A stretch of DNA of 64,000 bases, taken from positions 2,304,001-2,368,000 of the forward strand of contig OZ250172.1 of the NCBI GenBank assembly GCA_965237905.1. The letters are read 5' to 3'. This document shows positions 57,984 to 64,000 of the stretch, in pieces. The translations under genes and the position numbers were made by a program. How positions within the stretch are numbered: position 1 is the stretch's first letter; every line of letters begins with the position of its first letter. The notes below the pieces were generated by a model. The model saw nothing but the letters and a program-made list of their open reading frames with translations. It made no database searches and was not told the DNA's origin. Source of the DNA: Nitrospinaceae bacterium (GTDB taxonomy: Bacteria > Nitrospinota > Nitrospinia > Nitrospinales > Nitrospinaceae).

Positions 57984-58552
57984 AACTTAAACTTTTAACC
58001 GGCATTCTTGCGGCGGCTCTCATTTACGCCCCCGATCTTTATGCGTTGTCGATAGATGAGGCTTACGAGGCCATACCGCATCGGCAAACGACATTCAATC
58101 TTGATGCGTCCAATGCGACCGCTAGAGATAAGGTTTTTCTCGGTAAGATTTTTAGCATTACCGATGAAGCCATGACCGCCCGTGTCGAGCACCTGCAATC
58201 TCTTTATTACTATAAAGGCCACGGAGAGACCGGAAATTCTCTCTACAACCGGAGAGTCGAACCATTGATCCAGCAACTGAAAGCGCTAAACCCTCCGGCT
58301 CCGTTGCAGAAGCATTATCAATTGGTGCTGGAGTCGATTCAGGAGCAGAAGCAATTCTTCAAGGAATGGGCGGAGGTTCCCAATTCAAAGAAAAATATTT
58401 TGAAGAAAACCTATTCGAAACACCCGTTGGTTCAAAGCTCTCATCACAAATTAATCGCCGCCTATGGTGAGTTGATGCGTCTTTTTCCGCAAGAAAACAA
58501 GCATAACAAGCAGGCTTTCTTCGATCATTTGTGTGCTTTGGATTTTCTCTAA
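57980..58552 (+). CDS. exported helical hypothetical protein
   Basis: ATGA-coupled start; signal peptide MKLKLLTGILAAALIYAPDLYA. Confidence 0.7.
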   Translation: MKLKLLTGILAAALIYAPDLYALSIDEAYEAIPHRQTTFNLDASNATARDKVFLGKIFSITDEAMTARVEHLQSLYYYKGHGETGNSLYNRRVEPLIQQLKALNPPAPLQKHYQLVLESIQEQKQFFKEWAEVPNSKKNILKKTYSKHPLVQSSHHKLIAAYGELMRLFPQENKHNKQAFFDHLCALDFL

Positions 58553-58601
58553 GAGAAGGATTAATGGTTCGCGGGTGTATGGAGTTGTGGCAAAGAGAGC
58601 T

Positions 58602-59669
58602 TCATTCCCTGCGGATGAGCTCCCGATCTATGAGTTTGCGGGAGGTCCATGAATGTCTCTTCCTCTTCAGGATTCGCAAATAGATCGTCTGCATTTTCGG
58701 GATCAAAAAGGGCTGCCACTTTTTGACAAAAAAGGGATCGTCCAACCATTTACTGATAACCCTGGACCGTCTCACCTCCTCAGGACCGAGTAAGTTCAAA
58801 TAGGTCACCTGAAATTCCACCGTTTGCCGGCGGCCGAACATGACCATTAAAACCGTGGCGAACTCGTCTTTCACCTTCCCGTTGGTGTTCAGGGGATAGT
58901 CCCACCGGTCCAGCAACACCTGCCCCGCCTCCCTCATCAGCGCAAACAAAATGACTTCATTGATTTTCCGGTTGTCCCTGAACCGGTCCTTGAGCTTTGT
59001 TAAATACTCCTTGCATAGATAAATAGTTTCTCCGCGGATAAAGGTATTGTCTTGATGGCAAGCGGCCAGTTTGAATGTTAACGGATCAACCACAAACGCG
59101 GTTTGAATCACTCGGCTCAACAATTTCAGAGGGTCGTTGCCTGTTAAACTTTTTTGGTCCTGTAAAGGATTCTCCTGATGATTCAGCCTGGCCTTGATCG
59201 ATAGGGAATATTTTCGCTTGGTGGCGCTTTTTCTGTTGTCCACAATCAAATAATAATTATCACTTCTGGGCGCGACGATGGAGAAGATGGCGCGGTTGCG
59301 GGTCTCGGTTCGAAACAGCGGTCGGGCCACCCTCGGATAACTTTTGAGCTGGGATTCGTTCACCAGAACCACTGTAGCCTGGCCGTTCAGATACAACTTT
59401 ACTTCCAAAGTAGCGCCCTGGTTCACGTTGGCGAGCCGAATAGCGGCCCAGCGGTGAGGCAGGACCTCGGAATGGACTTCGGCAGATTTTTCGGCTCCCC
59501 AAGCGAAGGGGATCGCTATAAAAAGGAACGAACTCCATGTCAGAGCAATTCCCCACCCAACGAGGGCGTGTTTGTTTTTACGTGATAACCCTTTGATTCC
59601 AAAAAGCATAATGATTTGGAGAGAGAGCCCTCTCTGGAAAATAGTTCGGTTATGGAAATTGAAAACCAA
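58602..59669 (-). CDS. exported beta-sandwich + DUF4344-like metallopeptidase-fold protein lacking HExxH
   Basis: YYLIVDNR sandwich; IYLCKEY...ALMREAGQVLL...KDEFA; start uncertain. Confidence 0.55.
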   Translation of the reverse strand: MVFNFHNRTIFQRGLSLQIIMLFGIKGLSRKNKHALVGWGIALTWSSFLFIAIPFAWGAEKSAEVHSEVLPHRWAAIRLANVNQGATLEVKLYLNGQATVVLVNESQLKSYPRVARPLFRTETRNRAIFSIVAPRSDNYYLIVDNRKSATKRKYSLSIKARLNHQENPLQDQKSLTGNDPLKLLSRVIQTAFVVDPLTFKLAACHQDNTFIRGETIYLCKEYLTKLKDRFRDNRKINEVILFALMREAGQVLLDRWDYPLNTNGKVKDEFATVLMVMFGRRQTVEFQVTYLNLLGPEEVRRSRVISKWLDDPFFVKKWQPFLIPKMQTIYLRILKRKRHSWTSRKLIDRELIRRE

Positions 59670-59900
59670 TTATGACAGCCCACTCCAATTTGTCAATTCG
59701 ACATATTTTTCGAAAAACTTTGTAAAAGGGGTATTTATGGGGTACTAAAAATAAATTCCGTACCTCTAGCCACCATCGAACTTAATAGGCACTCGTCCAA
59801 ATTCAGTTAGATCAAATACTTATCCCTGCATCTTAAATTGAGTGCTCCAAATCAAACAACTAACTAATGAATTACATTTAAAATTGCAGTTGTAAAGGTG

Positions 59901-59928
59901 TTGACAACTCACTTGAGAAGGCTAGATT
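59901..59928 (+). promoter_or_regulatory. sigma70-like promoter upstream of the giant repeat protein
   Basis: TTGACA-N16-TAGATT. Confidence 0.45.
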
Positions 59929-59988
59929 CCTACTCACAAGAAGCTCAATTTGCTAAGAAGGTCTTAATTATTTTTTGAGGGGAGAATA

Positions 59989-62900
59989 GTGGCCTATCCG
60001 TTCGCGCAATTTGACACCCGCACACCACCTGCCGCTGAAGGCTACGTTCCTTCTTTTTTAAGCAAACTTCCTTTTATCCGCCGTTCCTCCAAGGGGACCA
60101 CCGGCGGTTATCGCAAGCCTCCCGCCAACCAACATGTATTGGAAACTCTGGAACCGCGCGTTCTGTTGGCGGCGGATTTATCGTTCGGCGCCGCGACCGA
60201 TCTCACCCTGCAATATGATTCCCTTGCCAGCGAATACCAACTGATCGACGACCTCAGCAATGTGGTCAGTCAGATCACGGCCGGTACCGTCGATGGCGGC
60301 GATGGTGTGATTGATATCGACGGCAGTGCCGGAGACGACACGCTGGGCCTGGATTGGGCGACACTGCTGGGTGGCAAAAACATCAACTTTACGGGATTGG
60401 GCACGGATACGCTGTCGGTGTTATCGGACAGCGATATGAACCTGACGAGTACCCAGCTGACGGTGAACGGTCTGGGTTATACGGTATCGGGATTCGATGC
60501 GGCGCGTCTGACCGGTGGTGCAGGGGATAACATCCTGGATGCGTCAGGGTTCAGCGGTAATGTGAGGCTTGAGGGAGCCGGGGGCCATGACACACTGATC
60601 GGTGGTTCGGGAGATGATGTCCTCATCGGTGGCGGAGGCCACGATGTGTTGTTCGGCGGCAGTGGCACGGATTCTCTGGCAGGTGGTTTGGGCAGTGACA
60701 CGGTACGGGGTGCGGATAAGGCCAACGCCTGGCGGATCTCAGCCGGCAATCAGGGGAATGTCGATGGCGTCGCGTTCAGTGAAGTGGAGAACCTGATCGG
60801 GGGGAACTCGGCGGACATCTTCAGTTTTGACGATGGCGCGGGGATTACCGGTACGGTCACCGGCGGCGGCGGGGCCGATGAACTGGATTACGCTACGCGC
60901 ACGACCGGCGTGAACGTCAACCTGGGAACGGCTACAGCTTCGGATACCGGCGGCTTTGCGGATATTGAAAGTATTACCGGTGGACTGGGTACGGATACCC
61001 TGACGGGTGCGGATGACGCGAACATATGGAATCTCACCGGAACCCATACCGGTGTGGTCGGTGGCGTTTCTTTCAGTGGTTTGGAAAATCTGGAAGGCGG
61101 TGCGCTTGATGACACCTTCGCGTTAGCCGATGGTGCGTCGATTGGTACGGTAACCGGCGGCGGTGGCACAGACACATTAGACTACAGCACAAGAACGACG
61201 GGTGTGAACGTCAACCTGGGAACGGCTGCGGCCTCGGATACGGCTGGATTTAGTGGCATTGAGAGTGTTACCGGTGGTCTGGGTACGGATACCCTGACAG
61301 GTGCGGACAGCACGAACACGTGGATCATTGACGGATCAGGTGCCGGTAATGTGAGCGGTACGACGTTCACCGGAATGGAACACCTTGAAGGCGGTGCCCT
61401 CGATGACACCTTCCAGCTGACTCTGACCGGTGGATTGACCGGATCGATCTCGGGCGGTGCGGGCAATGACACGCTGATCGCCTCCGACAGCGACAATGTG
61501 TGGGAGATTACCGGAGCCGATCAGGGAACGCTGAACACGCTGGTGTTTGTGGATATCGAAAACCTCACCGGCGGTGCCGGAGATGACCTGTTCCGCTTCC
61601 TGAATGGCGGCAGTATCAGCGGCACCATCGACGGCGCGGGCGGCATCAATACCCTGGATTACTCGTCGCAGGTGGCGGGGGTTGCGGTCAACCTGGAAAC
61701 CGGCTCAGCCACGGGACTGAGCAACTTCACCGGTATCAACAAGGTGACGGGCAGCTCGGGTGCGGACACCCTGCGCGGTTTGGATGCCTCGAATGTATGG
61801 ACACTCTCCGGTCTCGATACGGGTTCGGTGGGCAGCACGGATTTTAGCGACATTGAGAATCTGGAAGGCGGTTCGGTTGCCGACACGTTTGTGGTGCAAG
61901 TAGGCGGCGGTTTGACCGGAACATTGTCAGGCGGTCTTGGGTTCGATGAGCTGTTTGGCGCGGACGGACTCAATACGTGGACGGTGGACGCGGGTGACAG
62001 CGGTACATTGAACGCTCTGCCGTTTTACGATATCGAAAGTCTGGTGGGGGGAACGAACGAAGACGAGTTTCTGTTCGCGGTCGCGGGCTTCATCTCGGGA
62101 CATTTTACCGGCGGTCCGGGACTGGACCGGGTACGGGGAGCCAACCAACAGAATACCTGGCGCATCAAGGGCAGTAACAGCGGCAAACTGAACGACCGCG
62201 ACTTCAGCGGGATTGAGAACATCGAGGGCGGCAGTGATGCCGACGACTTCATCCTCGAAGCGCTGGGTTCCATCAGTGGCACGCTCACCGGCGGCGCAGG
62301 ATCAGACACCCTCGACTACAGTGAAACCTCTGCCGGTGTCACCATCGATCTTTCCAATGGTACCGCAACCGGCACCGGTGGCATCAGCAGCATTGAGAAT
62401 GTGATCAGTTCCGCCGGGAACGACACGATCATCGGTGCGTTAAGCGCGGTTCTGCTCGACACGGGTGCCGGCACGGATACGCTCGACTTCTCGAACGTTC
62501 TCTCCAATTTAAATATCACGGTGCATGCCGCCGGGACGCTGAGCGTGACCGATGGCGTTGATTCGGTTAATAACATTGCCGGAGCCGAGAACATCATCGG
62601 CGGTACCGCTACCAATACCTATACCTTCGAAGATGGCGCATCGATCGCCGGTAACATCACCGGCGGCAGTAATGTTCTGAGCTACGCGGCGTACACGACG
62701 AATGTCTCCATCAATCTAAATACCAATACCGCGACGGGCACGGGTGGCGCTTCCAGCGTGGTGAACGTGATCGGTGGTGCAGGCTCCGACACGTTAACCG
62801 GTGCCGACAGTGCGAACACCTGGAACGTCACGGGAACAAACACTGGCAGTGTGGGCGGCACCAGTTTCAGTGGTGTCGAAAATCTCGCAGGCGGCACGGG

Positions 62901-64000
62901 CGCCGACAGCTTTACGTTCGCCGCCCTGAGTTCGGTGGACTCCGTAGCGGGTGGCGGTGGCAGTGACACCCTCGATCTGTCCTCCGACACGGCCGGTGTG
63001 ACGGTGGATCTGAATCTCGGCACGGCGAGTTATGCGGGTACGATCTCGGGTATCGAGGATGTTGTCACCGGTGCCGGGAACGATACGATCATCGGCGCGT
63101 TAAGCGCGGTGTTGCTCGACACGGGTGCCGGCACGGATACGCTCGACTTCTCGAATGTTGCTTCCAATTTAAATATCACGGTGCATGTTGATGGTACGAC
63201 CAGCGTGACCGATGGTGTGGATACCGTCAACAACATCGCCGGTGCCGAGAACATCATCGGCGGTACAGGCACGAACACGTATACCTTCGAAGATGGCGCA
63301 TCGATCGCCGGTAACATCACCGGCGGCAGTAACGTGCTGGATCATTCCGCGAATACCACCGGCATCAGCGTCAATCTCAATACGAATACAACAACCGGCG
63401 TAACGGGTACGGTGTCCAATATCGTCAACGTGATCGGCGGCAGTGGCAATGACACGTTGACGGGTGCCGATGCGGCGAATGCCTGGAGCATCACGGGTGT
63501 CAATACGGGTACGGTGGGCAGCACCAGTTTCTCTGGTATCGAGAATCTCGCCGGCGGCACGGGCGCCGACAGTTTCACGTTCGCCGCCCTGAGTTCGGTG
63601 GATTCCGTAGCGGGCAATGCCGGATCGGATACCCTCGATTTGTCTTCCGACACATCGGGTGTGACGGTGGATCTGAGTCTCGGCACGGCGAGTTATGCGG
63701 GTACGATCTCGGGTATCGAGGATGTTGTCACCGGTGCCGGGAACGATACGATTATCGGTGCGTTGAGCGCGGTGTTGCTCGACACGGGTGCCGGCACGGA
63801 TACGCTCGACTTCTCGAACGTTGCTTCCAATTTAAATATTACGGTGCATGCCGCCGGGACGCTGAGCGTGACCGATGGCGTCAATACGGTTAATAATATC
63901 GCCGGTGCTGAAAACATCATCGGTGGTACGGGTACCAATACCTATACCTTTGAGGATGGCGCGTCCATCACCGGTACCATTACCGGCGGCAGTAACATTC
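59989..64000 (+). CDS. giant LEPR-XLL-motif, RTX/Ca-binding repeat surface protein (adhesin-like), continues beyond the window
   Basis: Not in ORF track because there is no stop. GGGGAG RBS, GTG 59989; LETLEPRVLLAAD; GGxGxDxL nonapeptides; recurring NxWxxxG..F..IENLxGG units. Confidence 0.9.
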   Translation, partial: MAYPFAQFDTRTPPAAEGYVPSFLSKLPFIRRSSKGTTGGYRKPPANQHVLETLEPRVLLAADLSFGAATDLTLQYDSLASEYQLIDDLSNVVSQITAGTVDGGDGVIDIDGSAGDDTLGLDWATLLGGKNINFTGLGTDTLSVLSDSDMNLTSTQLTVNGLGYTVSGFDAARLTGGAGDNILDASGFSGNVRLEGAGGHDTLIGGSGDDVLIGGGGHDVLFGGSGTDSLAGGLGSDTVRGADKANAWRISAGNQGNVDGVAFSEVENLIGGNSADIFSFDDGAGITGTVTGGGGADELDYATRTTGVNVNLGTATASDTGGFADIESITGGLGTDTLTGADDANIWNLTGTHTGVVGGVSFSGLENLEGGALDDTFALADGASIGTVTGGGGTDTLDYSTRTTGVNVNLGTAAASDTAGFSGIESVTGGLGTDTLTGADSTNTWIIDGSGAGNVSGTTFTGMEHLEGGALDDTFQLTLTGGLTGSISGGAGNDTLIASDSDNVWEITGADQGTLNTLVFVDIENLTGGAGDDLFRFLNGGSISGTIDGAGGINTLDYSSQVAGVAVNLETGSATGLSNFTGINKVTGSSGADTLRGLDASNVWTLSGLDTGSVGSTDFSDIENLEGGSVADTFVVQVGGGLTGTLSGGLGFDELFGADGLNTWTVDAGDSGTLNALPFYDIESLVGGTNEDEFLFAVAGFISGHFTGGPGLDRVRGANQQNTWRIKGSNSGKLNDRDFSGIENIEGGSDADDFILEALGSISGTLTGGAGSDTLDYSETSAGVTIDLSNGTATGTGGISSIENVISSAGNDTIIGALSAVLLDTGAGTDTLDFSNVLSNLNITVHAAGTLSVTDGVDSVNNIAGAENIIGGTATNTYTFEDGASIAGNITGGSNVLSYAAYTTNVSINLNTNTATGTGGASSVVNVIGGAGSDTLTGADSANTWNVTGTNTGSVGGTSFSGVENLAGGTGADSFTFAALSSVDSVAGGGGSDTLDLSSDTAGVTVDLNLGTASYAGTISGIEDVVTGAGNDTIIGALSAVLLDTGAGTDTLDFSNVASNLNITVHVDGTTSVTDGVDTVNNIAGAENIIGGTGTNTYTFEDGASIAGNITGGSNVLDHSANTTGISVNLNTNTTTGVTGTVSNIVNVIGGSGNDTLTGADAANAWSITGVNTGTVGSTSFSGIENLAGGTGADSFTFAALSSVDSVAGNAGSDTLDLSSDTSGVTVDLSLGTASYAGTISGIEDVVTGAGNDTIIGALSAVLLDTGAGTDTLDFSNVASNLNITVHAAGTLSVTDGVNTVNNIAGAENIIGGTGTNTYTFEDGASITGTITGGSNI
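62412..64000 (+). repeat. near-identical intragenic tandem repeats with a ~660 bp period
   Basis: GCCGGGAACGA(C/T)ACGAT(C/T)ATCGG...GACACGGGTGCCGGCACGGATACGCTCGACTTCTCG at ~62413, 63073 and 63736. Confidence 0.9.

Noticed and set aside
60477..63938. Ladder of ~100 aa minus-strand ORFs that looks like a repeated gene array
   Set aside because: Antisense shadows of the repetitive plus-strand giant protein; their stops coincide with its recurring D-Y/L-D codons

Overview
Bacterial chromosomal window with a moderately GC-rich backbone. Gene style suggests a Nitrospinota/deltaproteobacteria-like organism, but this is an inference only. Left part (1-27 kb): a cNMP/PAS signalling gene (partial), an orphan LuxR regulator, a surface-polysaccharide block (two gmd genes, GT2-methyltransferase fusion, rfbB/A/D, DegT aminotransferase with a degenerate PIN-like N-terminus, nucleotide-sugar dehydrogenase), nadE, an FGE-sulfatase-domain protein, an acyl-CoA ligase, an RND pair and DUF502. 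tRNA-Ala(GGC) at 27335 is followed by a ~3 kb AT-rich islet bounded by a degenerate tRNA 3' copy and duplicated hairpin blocks. Next comes a MASE3-PAS hybrid kinase. The best candidate for an undescribed system is the 9-gene minus-strand operon at 33.5-44.8 kb. It combines a synthase-type exopolysaccharide module (receiver protein, HEAT protein, processive GT2, CBM+TIM-barrel protein, TPR/beta-barrel exporter) with a sorting module: a tiny His/Cys-rich secreted peptide ending in a VSEFP-TM-basic signal, an exosortase whose catalytic Cys is Ser, and EpsI fused to an (alpha/alpha)6 glycosidase-like domain. Divergent from it lies a GH94-like phosphorylase/SSS transporter pair. The right end has a cluster of secreted CsgG/HfaB-domain proteins (one frameshifted), a pseudo-peptidase and the start of a giant LEPR-XLL/RTX repeat protein that is missing from the ORF track.
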